DNA of 64,000 nucleotides. Origin: Sedimentisphaeraceae bacterium JB056 (GTDB taxonomy: Bacteria; Planctomycetota; Phycisphaerae; Sedimentisphaerales; Sedimentisphaeraceae). Below the pieces are notes generated by a model. That model was not told the DNA's origin. It searched no databases and saw nothing but the letters and a program-made list of their open reading frames with translations. The stretch is taken from NCBI GenBank assembly GCA_044440125.1, contig JBITAJ010000015.1:96001-160000 (forward strand), in the 5' to 3' direction. The translations under genes and the position numbers were made by a program. Shown here one piece after another: positions 1-8,230 of this stretch (within the stretch, counting starts at the first letter, position 1; each line of letters begins with the position of its first letter).

Positions 1-2412
1 GGCATCAATTTCTATATATCCCTGGAATGTGCTTTTGCACGCTTCTATTTTAGCATCAGCTTTCTGCGAGAAAATGATTTCACCATTACATTCGAGCTGG
101 TAATGCAGTGTTAAGGATTCTTGTGTCTGAGGCTTGTCGTTTGATATCCATGCCTCAAAACGCATTTTTTCGCCTGAGAAGAATTTTGTCCTGTCGGTTC
201 GGATTGTCGGCAAGATTGGAGCCAAAGCACTTCTGTAAGCGAAATAACCCTTTTTAGGATTGCGTTCACAGTCCATTATTGTTTTCATCCAGCCTGAGGG
301 GAAGGCATCTATAAACAAATGCACGGCAAAGGTTACCATACGGTTGTCTCTTCTGAACGCTTCTGTCAGAATTTTAAGTGAACGAGCCTGATGCTGTTGG
401 CTGGCTTCTATCCAGTCTTTGAGCGAATTACGCGTGTCAAAGAAGAAGTAGTGGAACATTCCTGTCTGAGCCTTGAATATTTTTGAAGGCGTCCAGTTCT
501 TTTCCTGTTCCTCACTTTGAGGAAGCCAGCTTGTCGGATAGTACTTCCTCATGATTTCCGCGGATTCAAGACCTTCAGCCCCAAATTCACCGCATCCGTA
601 GTACCAGTCAGGTTTGGTTGGTTGCCAGTGGCCTTTTATCAGCATTCCTATGTCAAGTCCCTGCCCGTTGTACCATGTGGTGTAGCAGTGACGATCCTGA
701 ATGCCTGCGGCAGGAGGATCGTAGTCGCCGTCGCATGGTTTTATAACGCGGTCGGGATTAAGGTGATGAACTATATCGTCAGCGGCACGGAAGAAGTCTT
801 CCATTTCATTTCTGCTTATGTTACGATGAGGCTTGTTTTTTCCGTTAGGGAACGGCTCGTTTATATAGCTCATCATAATGTTGCAGGGATGGCTTCTTAC
901 GAGTTTTTCAACCTCCGCAACTTGCCTTAGGGCTTCGTTGTACTGTGTTCTGGTGATACAGCCGAATGTCGGCAGGTCGCTTTGCGTCATAAGTCCGAGC
1001 ATGTCACAGTAATCGTAAATTTCCTGCTGTACCGGACGCTGGGTCAGACGCAGGAAGTTCATGTTGCATATCTTGGCCAAAAGAATATCGTCAATAAGCT
1101 GGTCAAAATCTTTTTTGAATACGCATTGCTGCTCATGTCCCATTGTATTGGCACCTCGCAGGCGTATAGGTTTTTCATTGAAATACAGTTGGCCTTTGGG
1201 ATCGCTGTTTTCGTCCATACGGAAGCTGCGCATTCCAAAATGCCCCTCTGAGGCATCTATTAGATTACCTTCATTGTCGATAACTTCAACATGAAGCTGG
1301 TAGAGCCATGGCGTCTCAAGTGACCATATATTAGGGTTTTCAATATCAAATGACACATTGAAGCTGTTCTTCCCACGTTCCACAAATAGTGGTATTGGCT
1401 TGTTGTATGTGCCGTCAGCTTTGGCAAAGGCAATATTGAGGTCGTCATTGAGACCGCTGATATTGTTGCTTGAAGGTTTGTATACAAGACCTTCGAAAAT
1501 GGTTTTCTTAAAGTTTCGTCCATAGAGGCTGAGTCTAAGATCTACGGCCTTTTCTCCGATATCACAGCTATGAAGTTCTATATTTGCCTGAGCTGATTTT
1601 TCGGTAAGAAGAGGGCGTACGAAGATATCGCTTACGAAGATTTTGGGCCGAAATTCTACGTAAACATCCTGATATATACCCATGCCGGGCGGGCAGTGAT
1701 GCCATCCATAGTATGGCTCATCGTATCCAAGGCCGGTGGCGGCATATATTTTCTCGCCGCAATGCGTACCGTTCCAGGCGTTGTTGCTGCCCATTATGAA
1801 GTCGTTTTCGACTTTTACTACAAGCGTATTTTCCCCAACACATGCACAACCGGTGAAATCAAACTCAAAAGGAGCGAAAAAACCTTCATGCGATCCGAGA
1901 TATGTGCCATTAATGAATACATGGGCCTTGTAATCAACGCCCTTGAAATGTATGAAAGCGGCTCCGGTGTCAAGTTGCTCTTGTGTAATATTAAATGAAG
2001 TTCTGTAATAAGTAACTGCAAGACCGAGTGGTTCGCCATAGTGGGGAACGTTTACCTGTTCCCATTGCCCATCACCTGAAAGCACTGACAGGAAATTCTT
2101 TTTATCGTTTTCAGTCTCTACCCGCCAGTCAAATTCGGTAAGCCCGATTTTTTTTCGAGTATCTTTGATCGCAGGTGCATGGTTTTGCATGAAGGGCTTA
2201 TACTGCTGTCTGCGTTTTTCCAGTTCGGTCGAGAGTTTTTCTGCGTTATCTATATGTTCAGCAGGCGAAAAAGCCGCATCCGCATCATTTTCTGAAGGAA
2301 GATATTTTTCTTCAAGCTTTACAGGTGTCGGTTCGACCAGCTGTTTGTCTCTGTATGAAATACGTTGGGAGGCTATATCTGCAAAGACATCGTTTTTTTT
2401 GTTCTGATCCAT
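1..2412 (-). CDS. Glycoside hydrolase family 2-like protein (partial, runs off the left edge)
   Basis: Not in the ORF track. Read by hand from ATG at 2412 (MDQNKKNDVFAD...); the same frame is open at position 1. Contains the GH2 sugar-binding motif FKGVDYKAHVFINGTYLGSHEGFFAPFEFD, GIYQDVY, and TIM-barrel motifs RGANTMG, YDYCDMLGLM and ISYINEP. No signal peptide. Confidence 0.8.
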   Translation of the reverse strand, partial: MDQNKKNDVFADIASQRISYRDKQLVEPTPVKLEEKYLPSENDADAAFSPAEHIDNAEKLSTELEKRRQQYKPFMQNHAPAIKDTRKKIGLTEFDWRVETENDKKNFLSVLSGDGQWEQVNVPHYGEPLGLAVTYYRTSFNITQEQLDTGAAFIHFKGVDYKAHVFINGTYLGSHEGFFAPFEFDFTGCACVGENTLVVKVENDFIMGSNNAWNGTHCGEKIYAATGLGYDEPYYGWHHCPPGMGIYQDVYVEFRPKIFVSDIFVRPLLTEKSAQANIELHSCDIGEKAVDLRLSLYGRNFKKTIFEGLVYKPSSNNISGLNDDLNIAFAKADGTYNKPIPLFVERGKNSFNVSFDIENPNIWSLETPWLYQLHVEVIDNEGNLIDASEGHFGMRSFRMDENSDPKGQLYFNEKPIRLRGANTMGHEQQCVFKKDFDQLIDDILLAKICNMNFLRLTQRPVQQEIYDYCDMLGLMTQSDLPTFGCITRTQYNEALRQVAEVEKLVRSHPCNIMMSYINEPFPNGKNKPHRNISRNEMEDFFRAADDIVHHLNPDRVIKPCDGDYDPPAAGIQDRHCYTTWYNGQGLDIGMLIKGHWQPTKPDWYYGCGEFGAEGLESAEIMRKYYPTSWLPQSEEQEKNWTPSKIFKAQTGMFHYFFFDTRNSLKDWIEASQQHQARSLKILTEAFRRDNRMVTFAVHLFIDAFPSGWMKTIMDCERNPKKGYFAYRSALAPILPTIRTDRTKFFSGEKMRFEAWISNDKPQTQESLTLHYQLECNGEIIFSQKADAKIEACKSTFQGYIEIDA

Positions 2413-2463
2413 ATTAAATATGTTTCCTGGGTTTTACTAAAATTGTTATATATGATTGAGTTA

Positions 2464-2479
2464 ATTTTAGCGGTAAAAT
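2464..2479. promoter_or_regulatory. Candidate LacI-family operator
   Basis: Near-palindrome ATTTTAGCGGTAAAAT with central CG, overlapping the GH2 -10 box and next to the LacI gene. Confidence 0.4.
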
Positions 2480-2491
2480 GCTATATGTCAA
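2464..2491 (-). promoter_or_regulatory. Sigma70-type promoter for the GH2-like gene
   Basis: Minus strand TTGACA (2491-2486), 16-nt spacer, TAAAAT (2469-2464). Confidence 0.55.
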
Positions 2492-2596
2492 GGGAATTTA
2501 GCTGTTTTGTGGGTGTTTTGTGAGTAAAATGGCTAAATTTACTAAAGTTTAGTGGTTTTTTAGTTAAAATAAAGTTGTTGTTTTTTTAATAAATCA

Positions 2597-2625
2597 TTGA
2601 CATGCTTCTTTTGTTGTGTTATATT
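2597..2625 (+). promoter_or_regulatory. Sigma70-type promoter for lacI and the downstream cluster
   Basis: TTGACA (2597-2602), 17-nt spacer, TATATT (2620-2625) with extended -10 TG; AAGGA RBS before ATG 2655. Confidence 0.65.
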
Positions 2626-2654
2626 TATTGTAGATTCTGAAAGGATTATTTACC

Positions 2655-3710
2655 ATGAGTATAGCAAAAGTAGCAGAGATTGCAGGTGTATCAAACACTA
2701 CAGTTTCCTTTGTAATCAACGGCAAGCCGGGAATATCTCAGGATACAGTTGATAAGGTTTGGGATGCAATACGTAAAACAGGTTATGTGCCTCGTGGCAG
2801 TGGCGGAGCTAAGAAGGTCTCTGGAGCTGATTCTCCGGGCTTGAAAACCAGGAATATCGGCATTCTTATGCCTGAAGGTGTTATGAGTACTATTCCTTTT
2901 TATGCGCGTCTTTTCGAGGCTATTCATAAGGAGCTTGATAAACGTAACCTTAATATGTCGCCTATACGCTGCGGCAATGCTTCAGATCTCTCCAGGTCAT
3001 CTTTTAATGATCTTGACGGTCTCTTTCTCTGCAATTATCTAAAGAACATTACTGACTTGATTTCGTTTCCTTTTGTGACAATTCTTGGTCATCCCGATGT
3101 GGAAGATAAACTCAATGCCGATCATATAGAACCAGCCAATGACAAAATAGGCGTGATGGCGGCTTCTTATCTTGTAAACCGCGGTCATAAGAAAGTTCTT
3201 TCGATCAATCCCTCTACGACTTCCCATCCTGCTATGATCACGCGATGCCAGTATTTCACCGATTATGTTGCCAAAAAGGGGGGGGGAGCGGAGTTTATGG
3301 AGCTTTCGTTCACAGAACGCGATAAATATGGCAGGCTGCGTGACGGCATGAGTGTCAATAACGTAAGAGAATTCGTGCTGGATTTCAAGAATCGTAAAGA
3401 CCGTCCCACGGCGATATTTATTCCCTGCGACTCGCATATGGTAATAGTGCAGAAGGCTTTTGCGGCAGAGGGCATTAATCCCGGTGAGGATGTTGAATTC
3501 GTGGGATGTAACAATGAGTCTATACTGCTTGACGGTATGGAGCCTCGTCCTACGACGATAGATATTAATCCGCAAGCTATGGCAAGAGCCGCTTTGGTGG
3601 CTCTGCTTCAAAGAATAAAATACCCAGACAGTTACGATGATATATATAAGGTGGTCAGTATTGAACCGTCTCTTGTACTTCATGGTGCCGGTGTCAGGGG
3701 AAAATGGTGA
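2655..3710 (+). CDS. LacI-family transcriptional regulator
   Basis: N-terminal HTH SIAKVAEIAGVSNTTVSFVING; sugar-binding domain with RPTAIF, PGEDVEFVGCNN and PTTID motifs. Confidence 0.92.
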   Translation: MSIAKVAEIAGVSNTTVSFVINGKPGISQDTVDKVWDAIRKTGYVPRGSGGAKKVSGADSPGLKTRNIGILMPEGVMSTIPFYARLFEAIHKELDKRNLNMSPIRCGNASDLSRSSFNDLDGLFLCNYLKNITDLISFPFVTILGHPDVEDKLNADHIEPANDKIGVMAASYLVNRGHKKVLSINPSTTSHPAMITRCQYFTDYVAKKGGGAEFMELSFTERDKYGRLRDGMSVNNVREFVLDFKNRKDRPTAIFIPCDSHMVIVQKAFAAEGINPGEDVEFVGCNNESILLDGMEPRPTTIDINPQAMARAALVALLQRIKYPDSYDDIYKVVSIEPSLVLHGAGVRGKW

Positions 3711-3745
3711 TTTCATAATTTTAATACTTTTTTCAAGGAGCTGTA

Positions 3746-6700
3746 ATGAAAAAGATGTTATTAATGATCGTCGCGGTTATCGTATTGGGTACGTCAGCCC
3801 ACGCCGCATTCAATGAGGATTTTGACACATTCTCTCTCGGTGCATTAACTGCACAGGAAAGCTGGGAGGCGCATGCTACCGTAACGGTTGAAACTACTGC
3901 GACAAGTGGTGAATACACCGGCGGCAGGGCGCTTAAGACTAATTCAACCGGTGATGAATGGCCTCGCCATGATTCAACAGGTGTTGCCCTTGGTCTTACG
4001 CTTGATCAGGACGGTATTGAATACGGTTTCGATGTAAGGGAAGATAATACTTCTGCCGTGAGTGCATATCTCTTTATGCGTCAGGGACGTACTGCTAACT
4101 ACGGTGCGGCAGTTGGTCTTGGTGGAGGCTATTTTGCCATTCGTCCGAATGCTACCAGTGGCGATACTATTACCGGTAACTGGGTAGGAGCCGATGGTGG
4201 AGCGTATTGGGAAAAGGGTGACTGGTTAAGAATAAAAATAAGGCTAACCGGTACAAATTTCAGTACAGCAACTGTTTACTGCTATAATCTGACAAAGAGT
4301 ATCGATGTTCCTACCGGGATTACAGGTTATGATACAGGTATTAATTATCTTTCAAAGGCTGCTTCATGGACAGGTTTAAATTTAAGGCTGACTTTAAGTA
4401 CAGGAACTTATGTTGACAATCTTTATATTGAAGATTACACTGCACCTGTAGCACCTACACCTTCAATGTATATTGAAGATTTTGAGTCAGAAACTCTTGG
4501 TTCAATAAATCAAACAGGTTGGCGTGATAATGCTCCTGCAGTAACAATTGTATCAACCTCAGACAGTGGTGAGTATGTCGGTGGAGCTCAGGCTATGAAG
4601 TCTGGTTCTACGGGTGATGAGTGGCCTCAGTATGCATTAGACAGATTTGTTGATCCTGGTTTGCAGGTTGGCACTTTTGACGGTATTGAAATGGGTTTTG
4701 ATTTCAGAGAAGACAATACCTCGCTTGCAAGCTGCAGAATGCACTTCAGAGTTGATGTAACTAGTTCTTACAGTCCTGCTTTCGGTCTTAATGTTGGCAA
4801 TTTCGCCATCAGAGAAAATGGTGACGGCGGTACTACACATACCGGTAATGCTATTGGAAGCGCCGGTGCGAGCCTGTGGGAAAAAGGTGACTGGGTAAGA
4901 TTGACTCTTGTATTGACAGGTACTTCTTACAGTCGTGCAACTCTTTACGCTTACAACCTTGATAAAGGTGTTGAGATTCCTACAGGTCTTGAGAGTGTTT
5001 CTCTTGCTGTTAGTCCTCAAATCAATGCTGCAGATTGGTCTCGTCTTGTATTCAGGATGGGTAACTCATCAGGTACTTACGTAGATAATGCTTATGTTAC
5101 TGATTATGTGAATACAAATGTACTTGCAGAAAATCCAACTCCTGCAGATGGCGAGTATCCTGTAGCTATTTCAGGCGGCGTAACTCTCAGTTGGGACGGC
5201 GCACCTTCTGCTGATTCTCACAAGGTTTATTTCGGAACTGCCTCAGATGAACTTACTCTGGAAACAGATACAACCTCTGAGTCTTATCTGCTTCCTTATA
5301 CCCTTGAAAAAGGTGTTACATACTACTGGCGTATAGATGAAGTTATTGCCGGTGTTGACAATGAAGGTATGGTTTGGTCGTTTACTACAGAGCTTGGCGA
5401 TTTGAATTATCCTCGCAGAATGGCTTATGAAGGCTTTGATTATGATCAGTATGTTGCGTTAAAAAACACTTCCAATGGTGGTTTTGGCTGGGAAACAAGC
5501 TGGGAACGTTCTGCAGGCGGCTGGTGCTACCTCAATGTAGGTCCTGGAAGTCTTACTCCTGCTATGGATTACCTGCTTGGTACAAATGGCAACCGTATTC
5601 AGCATCCTGCTTCTACTGCTAATGACGGTATGAGAGAGCTCAGCTATCCAATTGATGCGAGAGCTGATCAGGATTACTATATCAGCTATCTTGCTATGGG
5701 TGAATATGATGGGTATAATCAGGTTAATTTCGCTGTTTATGAATCTAAGAGCGGTGCTTATTTATTCCAGAACCACATGTTCTATACCGGTTATTCCGGC
5801 ATAACATCTCCTCAATTTGCGTTGAGAGACCCAAGCGGCGCATGGAATAACAAACTTTACGGTTCATGGGCATCAGATGAAGTTTATGTTGTAGTTGTTA
5901 AAATCAGTGCTACAGCAACCGGTGATGATACTGTTTCTGTAAGCGTATTTGATGCAACTAATCCGCTTCCTGCTACAGAACCGACTGTCTGGGATGAATC
6001 GTTTACTACACAGAGTGACAAGGTTTATCCATGGATATCTATATCAGGTCGAAGTGATGCTTATGACCTTTGGAATATGGACGAAATACATGTAGGAACA
6101 GGCTGGGGAGCTGTAACAGGTTGGGCTGAAGCCTGTGGTGATTTCGGTACTCTAATGGCTTATGATCTTAATGAGGACTGTTATGTAGATCTTGGCGATT
6201 ATGCTTTAATGGCGTCAGATTGGTTTAAGTCAACAGATCCTTCTGTTGAAGGCAGCGAGTGGGTAATTGAGGATAATGATCCTAACTTTACTACACTGTT
6301 TACTGATCTTGATGCTTCTCAGTTAAATGTTTATGAGACAGATACTGTAACAGTTGACGGCAATCTCAGTGAATGGTCAAGCTCTCGCTGGTATAACACT
6401 CTGTTTACTTCAGGTTATCAGACAACAAGTGTAAGTGATGTAACAGATGCAGAAGTTGCTTTGAAATGGGATCCTGCTAATCCTGATACCGTTTATATGG
6501 CACTTAAAGTAACAGATACTAACCAGAGTTTTGCTGCTACTCCTGATGCCTGGAATGCAGGCGATAATATCGAAATACGTTTCAGCGTAAACGATACATC
6601 AAGCAGTGAAACATGGCTTGATAATGAGACTTTCGATACTGCACAGTATTATCAGATATTCCCACAGACCGGTGGTTTCTACGCGAACCTTGGTCCTATC

Positions 6701-7120
6701 GGAACCGCTATGGATGCTGAAGTTTATACTGATATAGAAGCAGCAGTTTCTGTTGACGGTGATATTATCACCTACGAAATAGCTTTGCCTGTTTACAGCA
6801 GCTATGATATTAACAGCCAATCAGGAACTTCTTACAATCTTACTGATAGTGATGTTGTGGCTTTCAATCTCCAGATAAATTCAGTTAATGGTGGAGAATT
6901 TGGCGGATTGTTTGCTGATCAGGGACATGCTCCTGACGGTTGGCCGGCATTTACAGTTACTCTTAACAGCTCATTGCCTCTTGGAGCTTTCGGCTTCTTT
7001 GATGCAGACCTTGATGAGAACGGTATGGTGGGTCTTAGCGATCTTGATACCATAATCTTGAAGTGGTTAAGCTGTACAGACCCTGAAGGTGTTGGCTGCG
7101 ATCAGCCATGGATGCCTTAA
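3746..7120 (+). CDS. Secreted multi-domain putative carbohydrate-binding protein (two unnamed repeats, Fn3-like, lectin-like, CBM9-like, two dockerin-like motifs)
   Basis: Signal peptide; two ~210-aa repeats with WEKGDW; PTPADG...YYWRIDEV...VWSFTT module; VTVDGNLSEW...LKVTD...WNAGDNIEI...YEIALP (CBM9-like); DLNEDCYVDLGD and DLDENGMVGLSD Ca-loop motifs. No recognisable catalytic domain. Confidence 0.75.
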   Translation: MKKMLLMIVAVIVLGTSAHAAFNEDFDTFSLGALTAQESWEAHATVTVETTATSGEYTGGRALKTNSTGDEWPRHDSTGVALGLTLDQDGIEYGFDVREDNTSAVSAYLFMRQGRTANYGAAVGLGGGYFAIRPNATSGDTITGNWVGADGGAYWEKGDWLRIKIRLTGTNFSTATVYCYNLTKSIDVPTGITGYDTGINYLSKAASWTGLNLRLTLSTGTYVDNLYIEDYTAPVAPTPSMYIEDFESETLGSINQTGWRDNAPAVTIVSTSDSGEYVGGAQAMKSGSTGDEWPQYALDRFVDPGLQVGTFDGIEMGFDFREDNTSLASCRMHFRVDVTSSYSPAFGLNVGNFAIRENGDGGTTHTGNAIGSAGASLWEKGDWVRLTLVLTGTSYSRATLYAYNLDKGVEIPTGLESVSLAVSPQINAADWSRLVFRMGNSSGTYVDNAYVTDYVNTNVLAENPTPADGEYPVAISGGVTLSWDGAPSADSHKVYFGTASDELTLETDTTSESYLLPYTLEKGVTYYWRIDEVIAGVDNEGMVWSFTTELGDLNYPRRMAYEGFDYDQYVALKNTSNGGFGWETSWERSAGGWCYLNVGPGSLTPAMDYLLGTNGNRIQHPASTANDGMRELSYPIDARADQDYYISYLAMGEYDGYNQVNFAVYESKSGAYLFQNHMFYTGYSGITSPQFALRDPSGAWNNKLYGSWASDEVYVVVVKISATATGDDTVSVSVFDATNPLPATEPTVWDESFTTQSDKVYPWISISGRSDAYDLWNMDEIHVGTGWGAVTGWAEACGDFGTLMAYDLNEDCYVDLGDYALMASDWFKSTDPSVEGSEWVIEDNDPNFTTLFTDLDASQLNVYETDTVTVDGNLSEWSSSRWYNTLFTSGYQTTSVSDVTDAEVALKWDPANPDTVYMALKVTDTNQSFAATPDAWNAGDNIEIRFSVNDTSSSETWLDNETFDTAQYYQIFPQTGGFYANLGPIGTAMDAEVYTDIEAAVSVDGDIITYEIALPVYSSYDINSQSGTSYNLTDSDVVAFNLQINSVNGGEFGGLFADQGHAPDGWPAFTVTLNSSLPLGAFGFFDADLDENGMVGLSDLDTIILKWLSCTDPEGVGCDQPWMP

Positions 7121-7134
7121 TGCATTGAATAATA

Positions 7135-7164
7135 GTCGGGGTGCAAATTGCACCCCGACATTTT
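7135..7164 (+). terminator. Hairpin (terminator or mRNA stabiliser)
   Basis: GTCGGGGTGCAA-A-TTGCACCCCGAC perfect inverted repeat followed by ATTTT, 14 nt after the stop. Confidence 0.65.
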
Positions 7165-7254
7165 AATAAGTATTTTCAGCTTTTTATCATTATAAAGGTG
7201 GTCAAAAGCCGGAAATATGCGTAATGTAAAATTAACTTTTTTGAGGATAATAAA

Positions 7255-8076
7255 ATGAAAAAGATGACTCCAAAACAAGGCTTTACTCTTATTGAACTTC
7301 TTGTTGTAATTTCTATAATTGCTATCTTGATGGCAGTGATGATGCCTGCACTTGGCAAAGCAAGAGAGGTTGCCAAGAATGTTATATGCCGTTCCAATAT
7401 AAAAGGAATTGGTACAGCTTCGTTGCTCTGGAGTGAAGATAATGAGAACTGGGTGCTTCCTGCTCTTTGGGACAGAGGCAACAGCGAAGGTGACAGTTTA
7501 CTCTTACCCTATCTTGGTGATGCCGAAGCCGGCAGTAAAGTCATGCTTTGTCCTGCAGTACCGGCAAAATATGCAGGGAAGACATATGAAGAGCTTGGTC
7601 TTGAGAAAGATGTTGCAGGTCTTGCAAACGGAGGTAACTATTACAACAGCTACGGTTATAATATGAAGCTTTGTGCACCGACAAGCCAATGTCCGGGAAG
7701 TTATGACAAATCTAATGATGACGGCAGTACCTGGGGTAAAGACGGCGTGTGGTATAAGAAGCATGGTAACTGTAAATTGTTTAGCATACGTAAACCGTCA
7801 ACAACAATTATGTTTGCTGAAAGTATTGTATATCTCAGCTATCCTGAATATTACACCAAAGCCATGGCAAACCCTGCTTTCAGCGATCCGGCAGCGAGAG
7901 GTCGTCGTCATAATCCCAAAAAGAGACGCGTCGGCAGCGATGATGTTGAGTACTGCGGCAACATGAACATTGCCTGGATGGATGGCAGTGTATCTGAAGA
8001 ACCTGATGATATGGATATTCGCTCTGACGATGGAAGAACCTACAATATCAACGGCAACTACTGGTATGGAAAATAA
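7255..8076 (+). CDS. Prepilin-type N-terminal cleavage/methylation domain protein (DUF1559-like, PVC pilin-like family)
   Basis: [30 protein letters not shown]...CRSN; SYGYN; C-terminal RRH...NIAWMDGSV. Confidence 0.9.
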   Translation: MKKMTPKQGFTLIELLVVISIIAILMAVMMPALGKAREVAKNVICRSNIKGIGTASLLWSEDNENWVLPALWDRGNSEGDSLLLPYLGDAEAGSKVMLCPAVPAKYAGKTYEELGLEKDVAGLANGGNYYNSYGYNMKLCAPTSQCPGSYDKSNDDGSTWGKDGVWYKKHGNCKLFSIRKPSTTIMFAESIVYLSYPEYYTKAMANPAFSDPAARGRRHNPKKRRVGSDDVEYCGNMNIAWMDGSVSEEPDDMDIRSDDGRTYNINGNYWYGK

Positions 8077-8230
8077 GCTAACGTTGGCTTTATCCTCAAT
8101 CAGCAACAAAAGAATTAAGGATGTAGTTAACTATCGCTCACGATTTTATGGTATTTCCATCTACTAACTTCTATATTCTATATTCTATGTTCTTGTATTA
8201 AAGTTAATAACCATCTATTCAGGATAGAAA

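Noticed and set aside
2148..2400. Two A8 runs on the coding strand of the GH2-like gene (2148-2155, 2393-2400)
   Set aside because: A8 runs encoding Lys-Lys are expected in this AT-leaning sequence; no supporting recoding context.
517..2407. Several short ORFs in the track over 517-2407
   Set aside because: They are shadows of the long minus-strand GH2-like frame, which the track omits because it runs off the window.
3039..3716. 225-aa antisense ORF over lacI
   Set aside because: Fully antisense to a well-supported gene, with no motifs.
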